Assembly (NCBI GenBank): GCA_963738405.1 | Contig: CAVTWJ010000012.1 | Location: forward strand, 64,001 to 128,000 | DNA: 64,000 nt | From: a candidate division FCPU426 bacterium | GTDB taxonomy: Bacteria > Oederibacteriota > Muellerivitia > Muellerivitales > Muellerivitaceae | Direction: 5' to 3' | Part shown: positions 9,263 through 19,074 of the stretch, one piece after another | How the letters are laid out: the number at the start of each line of letters is the position of its first letter | Numbering within the stretch: position 1 is the stretch's first letter | The notes under the pieces: model-generated | Told to the model about the DNA's origin: nothing | Seen by the model: only the letters and a program-made list of their open reading frames with translations | The model's database searches: none | Program-made: the position numbers and the translations under genes

Positions 9263-10105
9263 ATGAAAAAATTTTTCGCTGGGCTTTTTTTGCTGGGGAT
9301 CGTTCTTTCACCGCTGGCCTGCGGCAACAGCAACAGCACTTCCCCTGCGCCGGTGACCGTCTACGTCGTGGTATCCCCCACCCCCGTTTCCCAACCCGTT
9401 TCCCAGCTTTCCTGGAACACCAACGGTTCCCTGGGGGTCGCCGTCAGCGGAAACTATGTCTGGGTGGGCGACTACAGCGCGGCCTTGGATGTCTATACCC
9501 TTACCGGAACGCCGGTCACAACCATCGGCTGGGGGGTCTATAACGACGGCATTGTGCCGGATGGAAGCGGGGGGGTTTACGCCAGCGGGGCGGGAAACAG
9601 CAAAATTTGTCACTCCACTTCCACCTTCGCGCTCACCAGTTTCTCGACCGCTAACTATGACTACGGCCTGGCCATCGACAACTCCGGCAACCTCTACAGC
9701 ACCGACGATTCGCCCAGCGGTCATATTAATAAGTACACGAGCGCGGGGGCGGCCGTTACATCCTGGACGGTGCCGGGTGGAAGCCCCCAAGGGATCGCCA
9801 TCTACGGATCACCCCAAACCATTTACGTCGCCAGCACCACCGCCCAGGAAATCTACACTTACGACCTGAACGGCCATTCCCTGCCCGTTTCCTGGGCCAT
9901 CACCGGTGATGGGGATTCATTGGGCATCAACCAGGGCCATGTCTATTCGGGCAGCTACTCCAGCGCCGGCCCCATGGCGGTTTACACGCTGACGGGAACC
10001 TTCCTCACCGAATTCGGCAGTTTCCAGGCCTATGCGATGGGCTTTGATACGTCGAACAACATATACATCGGATCGGGATCGACGATTCAGGTTTATAAAC
10101 CCTGA
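9263..10105 (+). CDS. Lipoprotein with NHL/beta-propeller repeats
   Basis: Signal ending PLAC; repeats such as GLAIDNSGNLY and PQGIAI. Confidence 0.75.
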   Translation: MKKFFAGLFLLGIVLSPLACGNSNSTSPAPVTVYVVVSPTPVSQPVSQLSWNTNGSLGVAVSGNYVWVGDYSAALDVYTLTGTPVTTIGWGVYNDGIVPDGSGGVYASGAGNSKICHSTSTFALTSFSTANYDYGLAIDNSGNLYSTDDSPSGHINKYTSAGAAVTSWTVPGGSPQGIAIYGSPQTIYVASTTAQEIYTYDLNGHSLPVSWAITGDGDSLGINQGHVYSGSYSSAGPMAVYTLTGTFLTEFGSFQAYAMGFDTSNNIYIGSGSTIQVYKP

Positions 10106-10241
10106 CTTAATCATCATTCAGCGCCCATTGTTCTTTACCGAAAAAAGCCCATGGTTGATGAATCTACGGAAAATTCAACTCACGCGATTCAGGCCGTCAA
10201 TTTTTTTCGGGCCTCAAGCCGAGAATTAGGCCACCGGATTT

Positions 10242-11771
10242 TTAGGGAACATATTCCTGCAGGTTGTTGAGGAAGTAATCGGCCACCAGCAGATTGCCGT
10301 TGGGGAGGATGCACACCCCGTCCGGCTGTTGAAAGGCCGTGCCCCCGCCCTCGGAGCCGGTAAAGGTATGAGCGATCGCGGCGGTGCCGGGCACATACTC
10401 TTCAAGCCCCACCACCCCTTCGTCGGCGGCGTAGACGGTCCCGCTGGCGTCCACGCACATTTGGTAGATGAAGTTCCCATTAGGCGTGTTCCAGGTATTG
10501 AGCACCGTGCCCGAATAGTTCATTTCCCAAATGTGGTTATGGCCCGCGGCGGACCCGTTGTCGCACACATAGATATTGTTGGAGGAATCCAGGGCCACCG
10601 AGAAGAGGCTTGAAAAGGCCGTGGAGCCCGCGGCGGTCCAGGTTTTCACGACCGTCATCCCGGCGGAGCTGAGCTCATAAAGGGTGGCGCCCCCCTGGTC
10701 CACCACATAGGCGTTGCCGTTGGAATCGGTCTCGACGTCCTGGATGTCGTTGAACGAGGTGGTGGATTTATTCACCGCCACACCGGCCGAGGTGAACTGA
10801 TAGACCACTTGGGCCCCGCCGGACCCGCCATCCACGACATAGACATTCCCGTTGACCGGGTTCACCGCCTGCGTTTGCGGTTGGATGAAAGCGGTGGTTC
10901 CATATTGGGTCCAAGTCGCGCTGGGGGAGGTGAAATTGGCGACCGAATTAAACACCTCCACATCGCTGGGCTGGGTCACATAAACCACACTCGTTCCCCT
11001 GTTGCAGGCAAGGCCATAGGGCGAAGCGTTGGTCCAGGCGCCCCCGGCTAAGAAATGAAAGGTAGCCGTGGCGGTGGCCGTGGCCGTGGCGGTCACGGTG
11101 GGACTATAGGTGGGGGTAGCCGTGCGGGTGTGGGTGGGGCTGGGCGTGGGAGTGGCCGTGAGGCTATTGGTGGGCGTCAAGGTAGGGGTGACCGTCTCCG
11201 TAACGGTGGGGGTGTTCGTGGCTTGGGCGGTGGGGCTGTCGGTGGGGGTCTGGGTTTGGGTGCTCGTGGGGGTTTGGGTCGGCGTCACGGTGGGCGTGGA
11301 AGTCGGGGTGGAGGTGGAAGTCACCGTGGGGGTGGAGGTTTGGGTGGAGGTGGAAGTCACGGTGGGCGACGGGGTAATCGTGGGGGATGACGTTAGCGTT
11401 GGGGTGTTCGTGATCGTGGGGGTGGAAGTCGGCGTAGGGGTAAGGGTGATGGTATAGGTCGGCGTTACGGTGGGCGTGGAGGTGATCGTCGGCGTGGGCG
11501 TTGAAGTAGGGGTCAGGCTGGGAGTGGGCGAGGGCGTGGGCGTGGGGCTGTTGGTGGGTGTAGGGGAAGTGGTGGCGGTAGGGGTTTTGGTGATGATGGG
11601 GCTAAAGGTCGCGGTGGGGGGCGTGAGGACGATGGTATTGGTAAAGGTGAAGGTCGGGGCCAGCGAGGCCAAGGGGCTGGAAGGATATACCTGGGTGTTG
11701 TTGCAGGCCTGGATGCCGGCCAACAGCAGGGCCGCCAGGGCCCAAAGAATAACTCCCCGTTTCATGTCCAA
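10242..11771 (-). CDS. Lipoprotein with long Pro/Thr linker and NHL-repeat propeller
   Basis: IQAC lipobox, about 190 aa of TPT repeats, then [17 protein letters not shown] repeats. Confidence 0.8.
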   Translation of the reverse strand: MDMKRGVILWALAALLLAGIQACNNTQVYPSSPLASLAPTFTFTNTIVLTPPTATFSPIITKTPTATTSPTPTNSPTPTPSPTPSLTPTSTPTPTITSTPTVTPTYTITLTPTPTSTPTITNTPTLTSSPTITPSPTVTSTSTQTSTPTVTSTSTPTSTPTVTPTQTPTSTQTQTPTDSPTAQATNTPTVTETVTPTLTPTNSLTATPTPSPTHTRTATPTYSPTVTATATATATATFHFLAGGAWTNASPYGLACNRGTSVVYVTQPSDVEVFNSVANFTSPSATWTQYGTTAFIQPQTQAVNPVNGNVYVVDGGSGGAQVVYQFTSAGVAVNKSTTSFNDIQDVETDSNGNAYVVDQGGATLYELSSAGMTVVKTWTAAGSTAFSSLFSVALDSSNNIYVCDNGSAAGHNHIWEMNYSGTVLNTWNTPNGNFIYQMCVDASGTVYAADEGVVGLEEYVPGTAAIAHTFTGSEGGGTAFQQPDGVCILPNGNLLVADYFLNNLQEYVP

Positions 11772-11777
11772 CCTCCC

Positions 11778-12350
11778 CTATTCCATGTCCCAGTGAACGC
11801 CCAGCCATAGGGGCAGATCCTGCCCGACAGCTTTGGATGAAAAGATAAAATTGTATTTTCCTTCCAGATAAAGCCAAAAGCCGTCCGGCAGGCCCGTTTG
11901 AACGCCCGCCCCCAAAGCCCCGTCAAAATCGGCCACCTCAGCCCCGGAAGGGGGGCCGGAAAGAATTTCCAGTTCCCCGCCCATGCCCGCCAAGAGATAG
12001 GGTTTGAAGACATCGCCGCCCCATTGGTAGCGCACCGTGGGGAGAATCATGATTTCCTCATCCGATATACGGCCCGCGTCGTTGGTGCCGTAGTAATAAA
12101 GGTTTTCCAGATCCAATTGAAGGGACCAGGGGGAGTCGATAGAAAATCCAACGCTTGCCTTAAAGGCGGGCGCCGCCGTATAGGCGCTTTGCCAGGCGCT
12201 GGCCGGCAGGTCGATGCCTTCGGCGAATTCAAAATAGAGCCGGCTGGTTTTGGCGGGGGCAGGCGTTGGGGCGGGAGTCAAGGAGGTTTCGGCCTGAAGG
12301 GGCTCGAGGGAAGAAAAAACAAGGATGAGGAAACACAATAATGGTTTCAA
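11778..12350 (-). CDS. Small outer-membrane beta-barrel protein
   Basis: Signal peptide; KPYLLAGMG, GALGAG, LEGKYNF amphipathic strands. Confidence 0.7.
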   Translation of the reverse strand: MKPLLCFLILVFSSLEPLQAETSLTPAPTPAPAKTSRLYFEFAEGIDLPASAWQSAYTAAPAFKASVGFSIDSPWSLQLDLENLYYYGTNDAGRISDEEIMILPTVRYQWGGDVFKPYLLAGMGGELEILSGPPSGAEVADFDGALGAGVQTGLPDGFWLYLEGKYNFIFSSKAVGQDLPLWLGVHWDME

Positions 12351-12494
12351 GGTCCCCTATTTCGAAACGGGATCAGGAAAGATTCCCGATCACGCGGCCC
12401 GGGAAGGTTCCAATTGGGCCAAACTATAAAATGGGGTTTTGAACCTTTGCAAGACCTGCCCCAAAAAAATTAGGGGAAAAAGTGAGAGGTAAAT

Positions 12495-12866
12495 CTACAC
12501 CCGGGGATGGGACAGCATCATAAAAACGGAACCCATAAAACCGATATAGAACATGAGACATCCCATCAGGACGATATATGCGATCACCAGAATGATTTTG
12601 GGTTGGGTTTGGCAATAGAGATAGATCCCGCCCAGCCAGCCCACGAAGGCCATGGCCATGCTGAAGGAAAATCCATCCCCCACGGCGCTATGGGCTTTCA
12701 TTAAAAAATCGAGGGCGCAATTAAAAACAGGAGGGGCTAAAAAGCTGGCCAAATAAAGCCTGCCCTTGTCGTTCAAAACCTCAGGGAGGATTGGCTCAAA
12801 GGGCGCGCCGCAGTGGGGGCACAATTTACCGGCGGACTCTTTACCGCAAACCCCGCATTTATTCAT
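12495..12866 (-). CDS. Zinc-ribbon membrane protein, hypothetical
   Basis: CxxC...CPHCG followed by three hydrophobic segments. Confidence 0.6.
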   Translation of the reverse strand: MNKCGVCGKESAGKLCPHCGAPFEPILPEVLNDKGRLYLASFLAPPVFNCALDFLMKAHSAVGDGFSFSMAMAFVGWLGGIYLYCQTQPKIILVIAYIVLMGCLMFYIGFMGSVFMMLSHPRV

Positions 12867-12937
12867 GGAGGCACCTCTAAATGTTCAGCCCGACATTCAC
12901 CGCCAAGTGAACATAGGGGCTTCAACAATCGGAAAAA

Positions 12938-13288
12938 TCATTTCTTTTCCCAATTTTGAATGATTTTCTCAAGCTTTTGAACAAATGGCGGCAGGTCCTC
13001 TGAGACGATCTCCCACAAAATATCAAGATCGACTTGGTCGTAGCCATGGATGAGGCGATTTCTCAACCCGATGATTTGAGCCCAAGGAAGATTGGCATAT
13101 TTTTCCCTTTCCTCATCCGAAACACGAGTGGCCGCTTCTCCAACAACTTCCAAAAGGCGTGTCAAAGCAAGATTCAAAACGCGGTCTTTTGCGATGTCTT
13201 CACGGGTTTTATGCTTGGTCAGGGATACCGCTTCTTGCGCGTAATCCCTCATTTGAAGAAAGGAAATCCTAGGATCGCGCTGTGTCAT
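12938..13288 (-). CDS. HEPN (DUF86/HepT-like) toxin
   Basis: RNRLIHGY (RxxxxH) motif. Confidence 0.9.
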   Translation of the reverse strand: MTQRDPRISFLQMRDYAQEAVSLTKHKTREDIAKDRVLNLALTRLLEVVGEAATRVSDEEREKYANLPWAQIIGLRNRLIHGYDQVDLDILWEIVSEDLPPFVQKLEKIIQNWEKK

Positions 13289-13574
13289 AAAGGGCTTCAG
13301 CCTCAGAAAGGACCTGTTCCCTAAAATAGGGGCTTAAGGATTGATAGGTGTTTAAATCAACCTTTCGGCTAAACAACTTTGAAAAATCATCTTGAAGGGA
13401 AAAAAAAGCCAGCCCCGGGGTATGGTCCGGGCTAAATTCAATCAATAGATCGAGATCACTTTCGGGCTGAAAATCAGCGCGAACAGCCGATCCAAAAAGC
13501 GAAAGCTTTTGAATGTGATGCCTGCGGCATAATTCAGCGATTTTTTCTTTGTCGATTTTAATGCCTGGTTTCAT
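13269..13574 (-). CDS. Minimal nucleotidyltransferase (MntA-like) antitoxin
   Basis: LFGS..R.DF..ESDLDLL. Confidence 0.9.
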   Translation of the reverse strand: MKPGIKIDKEKIAELCRRHHIQKLSLFGSAVRADFQPESDLDLLIEFSPDHTPGLAFFSLQDDFSKLFSRKVDLNTYQSLSPYFREQVLSEAEALYDTARS

Positions 13575-13627
13575 CCTACGGCCTCGTTCTCATTTCTCAA
13601 TGATTTAGTCTATTTTACCAGAAAACC

Positions 13628-13861
13628 TTATCGGGCATGGAGATTGTCCCGGTGGCCCAAGGCCTTTCCCACCCGGTAGGGTTTGTTCCGCAGGGTCTTC
13701 AGCAGCCGGTCTAAAGACGATTTTCTCAATGGGTCTTCATGCGCGATGGATACCAAATAATCGCGGACCATTTCGGTAAGGGTTTTATTTCTCTGGGCGG
13801 CCGCCAACCGGGCCTGATCCAAGGTGCTTTCCTCGATGGCTAAAGTCAGTTTCTTTTTCAT
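13628..13861 (-). CDS. DUF6364-like RHH antitoxin (orphan)
   Basis: KLTL.IEE..L..AR..A......LT.MVRDYL; paralogue at 19064; no PIN gene follows. Confidence 0.7.
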   Translation of the reverse strand: MKKKLTLAIEESTLDQARLAAAQRNKTLTEMVRDYLVSIAHEDPLRKSSLDRLLKTLRNKPYRVGKALGHRDNLHAR

Positions 13862-14081
13862 GAGTCCCTATTTACCTGATTAAGTGATTTACCTAAACCA
13901 TAGGCCGGGAAATCTTAAAAGTCAAAAGGGGCCCTAAACGAAAAACCGTCACACTTATGGCGCCTCCCTGAATCAGGGCCCAATAGCAGCGCAAACGCGC
14001 TACTGGACAGGATTCAGGGCACGGATAATTCCATCTCCGTCATTCGTTCACAAGACGAATGCCGCGGTTTGAGGATTCCCA

Positions 14082-16184
14082 TTACTGAACCAGTAATGGG
14101 AGCCTCGTCTTTTTCGGGTTGAAGACCAAGGTTCTGTTTCTTGGGCCCGACATTCCCTTCACCCATTCGCCCGGGTCCACCACAAACAGCGCGTGCGGGC
14201 CCGGCGACAGGTCTTGCAGACTCGAAAGCAATTCCTCGTTGCCCATGCGCATGCCGGGGTTCGAATCCACCGACCATATATGATCGCCCGGCACAAGACC
14301 CGCCTTCGCGATGGGGCTGTTATCCCATGTTCCCGTCACTTCGCCATCGCTGCCCATCAATAGGCCCTGGTATAGATAGGGCAAAGGGCCGATAGGGGCG
14401 TTCTTGCCCCCTTGGGCGTTTCGCACCCAAAATTCCGAACCCGAAACCAGGTGCGCCAAATCCTCAACGCTTTCGCACTGCACGGCGAAGGGCTTTTTTA
14501 AACCGGCAAACTGCATGGAGAATTGATAAAAGGTGCGGGGGTGGTCACCCAGTACCTCAACCTCGCAACAATGGATGGCCCGCACGTCTTCCCAATAAAA
14601 GGCCATTCCCTTCTTTGAGCTATCGCCCAAGACGGGGTTGATATCCCCAAACGAAAATCCGCCTTGGATTTCCAAGTTGAAACCGGAGCCATTCACCACC
14701 GCCGAGGTAATCTTTTTTTCATCGGGGCCCAACCAAAACGAATATTTTTCCGGGTCTTGGATATCCATGAAGCGGCGGCCCGCCATTTCAGCGCCCATAT
14801 TTGCGTCGGGTTCGATGGAAAAGTCCTTCACCCGGCAGGGCCGGGGCAGGGCTAATATTTCCGCTTCCAAAGAGGCCCGGTCTTCTTTGGGCATGGTCGC
14901 AACACCTTCCTGTTTCGGGGCGGAAAGTTTCTTTTGTGAATGAGGGCGCGCCTGTGCCGGTTCCATAGGGGAACCGGCTGCCTGGGCCGTTGTGGTTATG
15001 GGGCTTTGGATTTTGGCGTTATCCAAGGCTTGGTCGTTCTTGGTGTCTTGGAGACTTGGTGGTGAAAATGGGTTTATCTGAGTTGGTAGATGTTCCATTA
15101 TCCAACTCCTGAAAAACCATCCCGCCCCCAAAACCGCCGCGACGATGAGGGTGGCCATCAACCCGGTGCGGAATTCCTTGTGAATCCACCAAACCAAGGC
15201 GACGGCAAGGACAAGAACCACCCAGGGCTTGGCCAGCGCCTGGGCCAGAAGCCACAAAGGCAAGTGAAGGATGAAGTGGAAAAGGAACCGCCGAAGGCTG
15301 TCGATCCAGGGGCCCACCCCGGGGATAAAGTGCCCCGCAATGCTGATAACACTGCCATAGGTGAAAAGGATGATGAACCAGTAAAGCCCCCAATGGCCCA
15401 CGAAACTAAAGGGGTTGGGCAGGGACTGGCCCGAACCATGTCTTCGGCCTGAACGGGAGGAAGAATGGGAACGAAGGGGGATGAAATAGTTCGCCGTCGT
15501 CTTGGCGCCTTTTGTGATGTACTGGTGAATCAAACTGGCAAGGGTTTTTAGGGTGAAAAAGAAGCCCTTAGCTCCTGCTTTTTGAAGTGCCTTTAGGGTC
15601 TTTTTGGCCCCCTTCCTTTTAGACTTTTTCATTTTGGTTGGTTTCTGGATCACCTCTTCCTCGGAGTCCTCCTCTTCCAGGGATGGGTCTTCTTCGGGTT
15701 CTTGCTTCTTATACGGGACCTTTGTGTGGTCAAAATCGGAGGCGGGTTTGCCACTCACCATATGAACCACCAAAGCCTCAATTTTTCGCCTGGCTAGGTG
15801 GCGGGAAAGGATCACATCCAAGGCTTCATGGACGGCTTTAGGAAGGTCAGGAACCTTTCCGTCTAAGGCTGTCAGTGCCAATGCTTGCCTAAGGGATAGT
15901 TTAAAGGGCCCCTGTGCCGAGGCCCCAAGCCGAGGCACTTGATTTGGGTGTGCCGGTTCCGTAAGGGAACCGGCGGGGGGGCTAACTGCAGCTTTTCGAA
16001 CCTTTTCAACAGCCAATGGATCGAATATTCGTTGAAGGGACCTAAGGTTATGAAGGGTTCCAAGGCTGATATTTAAGGTTTTGACCTGATCTTCATATAG
16101 AGCCGAGGGGTTCTTTTGGTGTTCGAGGGCGTAGGCCGAAAGCTGGTCCAGCCAATCTTTCGTTTTCGGATTAAAACGTCCCAA
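14082..16184 (-). CDS. 700-aa membrane protein: ParB-HTH-like N-terminus, 3-4 TM segments, PDZ-like C-terminus
   Basis: AGGAGG plus TTG start; LSLRQALAL...ILSRHLARRKIEALV; hydrophobic aa about 260-360; SPIAKAGLVPGDHIWSVD. Confidence 0.65.
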   Translation of the reverse strand: MGRFNPKTKDWLDQLSAYALEHQKNPSALYEDQVKTLNISLGTLHNLRSLQRIFDPLAVEKVRKAAVSPPAGSLTEPAHPNQVPRLGASAQGPFKLSLRQALALTALDGKVPDLPKAVHEALDVILSRHLARRKIEALVVHMVSGKPASDFDHTKVPYKKQEPEEDPSLEEEDSEEEVIQKPTKMKKSKRKGAKKTLKALQKAGAKGFFFTLKTLASLIHQYITKGAKTTANYFIPLRSHSSSRSGRRHGSGQSLPNPFSFVGHWGLYWFIILFTYGSVISIAGHFIPGVGPWIDSLRRFLFHFILHLPLWLLAQALAKPWVVLVLAVALVWWIHKEFRTGLMATLIVAAVLGAGWFFRSWIMEHLPTQINPFSPPSLQDTKNDQALDNAKIQSPITTTAQAAGSPMEPAQARPHSQKKLSAPKQEGVATMPKEDRASLEAEILALPRPCRVKDFSIEPDANMGAEMAGRRFMDIQDPEKYSFWLGPDEKKITSAVVNGSGFNLEIQGGFSFGDINPVLGDSSKKGMAFYWEDVRAIHCCEVEVLGDHPRTFYQFSMQFAGLKKPFAVQCESVEDLAHLVSGSEFWVRNAQGGKNAPIGPLPYLYQGLLMGSDGEVTGTWDNSPIAKAGLVPGDHIWSVDSNPGMRMGNEELLSSLQDLSPGPHALFVVDPGEWVKGMSGPRNRTLVFNPKKTRLPLLVQ

Positions 16185-16257
16185 GTTATCCTCCTATGCC
16201 GAAGTAAAGGTGTTCTTGAAATTGAAATCAGGGTTAATTTAACGCCAAAAAGCCTTA

Positions 16258-16396
16258 TTTCAACGGAAATTTATCGGTTTTCAACGGAAATAGTGTGTAT
16301 TTTCAACGGAAATTTTATGCTTTTTCAACGGAAACTAAATTTTTTTCAACGGAAACTTTTTGATTTTCAACGGGAATTATATTTTTTCAACGGAAA
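16258..16396. repeat. Array of seven direct repeats TTTCAACGG(A/G)AA, period 20-22 bp
   Basis: CAACGG cores at 16261, 16282, 16304, 16326, 16347, 16368, 16388; AT-rich variable spacers. Confidence 0.95.
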
Positions 16397-16441
16397 TGGT
16401 TTTGGATGGTTATGGCCCACTTTTTAGGCGGGTTAGTCCCG

Positions 16442-16484
16442 AAAACAAAAACGCCCCTACCCCTTTTTAGGGGGGTAAAGGCGC
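16442..16484 (-). terminator. Probable intrinsic terminator
   Basis: GCGCCTTTACCCC / GGGGTAGGGGCGT stem followed by TTTTGTTTT on the minus strand. Confidence 0.65.
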
Positions 16485-16510
16485 CTTACAGGCCTATTGA
16501 TTTTGGGTGA

Positions 16511-16813
16511 TTAGCTTTGGGAAGCGGGGTTGCCGGTCGTAGAAGGCTGGGTGACGGCTTGTGGCTGTTCCACTTTAGGGGTCGTCTCAGTCTTTTTAGC
16601 AATGGGGGCCTTGGGGGCCGTTTTGGCGTGGTGTGACCTTTTGGGGCCACCGGTTACAACCGTCTTTTTCTTGCTGGTGGCGACAACTTTAGAGGTTGCC
16701 AAAAGCTCTTTAATCTTCGCGATCAGCTTTTCCCCTTCGGGGCCCTGCTTCCTGATCTTTTTCAGCAGTTTCTTGGCTGCTTTAAACAGCTTTTTTTCTT
16801 TCTTTTCGTTCAT
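16511..16813 (-). CDS. Small Lys-rich basic protein
   Basis: GGAGG RBS; 100 aa, very Lys-rich. Confidence 0.7.
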   Translation of the reverse strand: MNEKKEKKLFKAAKKLLKKIRKQGPEGEKLIAKIKELLATSKVVATSKKKTVVTGGPKRSHHAKTAPKAPIAKKTETTPKVEQPQAVTQPSTTGNPASQS

Positions 16814-17038
16814 CTAAACCTCCGTGTATTTAAAAACCATCGCGCCGGTAACTTGCAGGTATCGACACAATGTAAACAGATTATACACGGACGTAACATT
16901 GGATTGTTGAGTTTATTAGGTTTTTGACAAAATTTAACATTGGCGTCCATAGACGAAGGATAGGTTTCAATCCTGGATGGCCTGCCTGTACCACCTCGAC
17001 GAAGTGGTACAGAGCGAATACCCTCACCTTTAAAACCT

Positions 17039-17635
17039 TCAAACGATACGGCAGGCCTCCTCGAAGCTCAGACGCGGTCCCCGTGGGAACAGTTTGGTCT
17101 TGTCACCATGGCCCAAATTACAAATGAAGTTCGATTTCCAGGAAGTGCCCGAAAAGAACGCTTCATCCAGTTTCTTGTTATCAAAACCCGATAGGGGGCC
17201 GCAATCCAACCCCAGGGCCCTGGCGGCCAATATAAAATAGCCGCCCTGAAGCGAACTGTTTCTCATCGCGGTCTCATCGGCCAAAGGTTTGTTGCCCGCG
17301 AACATATCCCGGTAGCCCCCCGCGCCGGGAATGGGAAACAATCGCGTGATATAGTCGTAAAACTTCTCGTCAAACGCGATGATCGCCGTGACCGGAGCGG
17401 CCTTCACCTTTTCCACGTTCGTGGGCGACAAAGAGCCGATCAATTTTTCCTTTTCGGGGCCGTTTTTCACGAAGACAATCCGCGCGGGCGAGATGTTCGC
17501 GCTGGTGGGTCCCCACTTCATCAGGTCGTAAAGTTCATGAAGCGTTTGATCGCTCACCTCTTCGGGAAGCCAGTCCCGATGGGTCCTGGCTTCGGTAAAC
17601 AGTATTTTTAAATCGTCATGGGTAATGGCGCTCAT
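17039..17635 (-). CDS. RutE-like nitroreductase / malonic semialdehyde reductase
   Basis: LFTEART...WGPTSAN.SPARIVF...RNSSLQG.Y.I.AARALGLDCGP. Confidence 0.9.
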   Translation of the reverse strand: MSAITHDDLKILFTEARTHRDWLPEEVSDQTLHELYDLMKWGPTSANISPARIVFVKNGPEKEKLIGSLSPTNVEKVKAAPVTAIIAFDEKFYDYITRLFPIPGAGGYRDMFAGNKPLADETAMRNSSLQGGYFILAARALGLDCGPLSGFDNKKLDEAFFSGTSWKSNFICNLGHGDKTKLFPRGPRLSFEEACRIV

Positions 17636-17647
17636 GGCTTCCCCCTT

Positions 17648-18055
17648 TCAATGAATTTTATAAGCCGGCAAAGCCTTGACCGTAAAAAGGGCCTTAAAGT
17701 AACCGCGGTAAGCCCAGATCATAAAAATTTCGAGCAAGGAAAACACCAAGCCCGGCTGGATGCCTTCTCCGCCCATGATCAAAAGGTGGTAAGCCAAAAT
17801 ATTGACGAGAACCGGCCCCAGAAGCACCAGGCCTATGGGCGCGGTACCGCCGATAAGCACCAGGATCCCGCCCGCCAATTGGACAGCCCCGATGAACGCC
17901 ATCCAATGTGTCGGAAACATGACCCCCATGAATTGGGCGGCCAAGGAACCCGCCGGCGGCGCGGGCATGGGCAGAAAGGGGTGAAGGATATTGGAACCAA
18001 AAACAATAAAACCGATGCCCAGCAGTGTCCGGCTAACCACAATCGCGATTTTCAT
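17648..18055 (-). CDS. DoxX-like membrane protein
   Basis: R.LLG..F.VFG.N...PVLVNIL.YH, four TM segments. Confidence 0.75.
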   Translation of the reverse strand: MKIAIVVSRTLLGIGFIVFGSNILHPFLPMPAPPAGSLAAQFMGVMFPTHWMAFIGAVQLAGGILVLIGGTAPIGLVLLGPVLVNILAYHLLIMGGEGIQPGLVFSLLEIFMIWAYRGYFKALFTVKALPAYKIH

Positions 18056-18156
18056 GACGAGTCTCCTTTGTTTTTAAACTTGAACGTCTTATGATCACGT
18101 TAGGTAGTAGGCGCAAAATCAGCAAGTAGACACAAAAAGGATAGGTAGGTACAAAA

Positions 18157-18612
18157 ATGACACCATCACAACCGCCCAACAAAGTCGTCGCGTTGAAAAA
18201 GCCCAAATCCCCCACCGGATTTCACCCAACCGAATGCGCCAAGGAAGGAAAACTGGAGCACGCGGTGATCATCGAGAACGTTCTGAAAGTGATCGGGGGC
18301 AAGTGGAAGGTTCTGATTGTGTTTCACTTGAGCCAAAACGAGGTGGTGCGTTTCGGGGAATTAAAGCGGAAAATTCCGGGCGTGACCCAGAGGATATTGA
18401 CCAACCAGCTTCGGGAAATGGAAGCCGATGATTTGGTCGTTCGAAAGGTCTACCCCGAGGTGCCCCCCAAGGTGGAATATTCCCTCAGCGATGTCGGCCG
18501 TGAGTTAAAGGCGGTCTATATTGAAATGAAAAAGTGGGGGGATAAAAATGCTAGGCTCTTGGCCAAGATCCAGAAGGCGCATGAGGCCGAGCTGAAAGTT
18601 TCCCAAGGCTGA
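18157..18612 (+). CDS. HxlR-family winged-helix regulator
   Basis: IGGKWK...RFGELKR.IPG.TQ..LT.QLRE.E...VYPEVPPKVEYSL. Confidence 0.9.
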   Translation: MTPSQPPNKVVALKKPKSPTGFHPTECAKEGKLEHAVIIENVLKVIGGKWKVLIVFHLSQNEVVRFGELKRKIPGVTQRILTNQLREMEADDLVVRKVYPEVPPKVEYSLSDVGRELKAVYIEMKKWGDKNARLLAKIQKAHEAELKVSQG

Positions 18613-18657
18613 AAGCGGAATATTAAAGGAATCTGAAAACCATGGCGGCCCTATCCT

Positions 18658-19074
18658 TCAAAATGGATTTTTAACCGCAAGTTCACCGAACTTCCTTCCG
18701 GCTTGAAAGTCCTCGGTCAACAACAGCCGGGCCCCAGCCCTTTGGGCCGCAACGACGATCAGGGCGTCCCAAAAGGAAATCTTGGCCCGTTCCTCCAATT
18801 GTGCCGCCTCAGCCACCATTCCCCCTTGAATGCTCACCGTATCCCAGGAAAGATAATGGGAAATCAATTCCAACCCCTGCTTTTGGGTCAGGGGTTTCGG
18901 GATTTTGCGGGTCACATTGACGTAAAACTCCTCCAACACCTGGGCGCTCAAAACCCCGTTGTTGTTTTCCCATAGTTCGCCCACCGCTTCCTGGGCCTTT
19001 TGATGCTTCTCCCCCGCTTCCCGGTCATAAGCGTAGAGCAGGATATTCGTGTCCACAAAGGTCTTAACGGTCAT
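18658..19074 (-). CDS. PIN-domain (VapC-like) toxin
   Basis: FVDTNILLYA...QVLEEF...SFWDALI...LLTED. Confidence 0.9.
   Translation of the reverse strand: MTVKTFVDTNILLYAYDREAGEKHQKAQEAVGELWENNNGVLSAQVLEEFYVNVTRKIPKPLTQKQGLELISHYLSWDTVSIQGGMVAEAAQLEERAKISFWDALIVVAAQRAGARLLLTEDFQAGRKFGELAVKNPF

Noticed and set aside
11055..11796. Val/Gly-rich plus-strand ORFs
   Set aside because: Antisense shadows of the Pro/Thr repeat lipoprotein
16258..16396. Mini-CRISPR or TIGR-type RNA array
   Set aside because: 12-bp repeats with 8-10-bp low-complexity AT spacers, no alternating box motifs and no cas or Nop-domain gene nearby
16116..16427. 103-aa ORF with FQR/STE repeats
   Set aside because: Translation of the DNA repeat array; repeat periods are not all multiples of three
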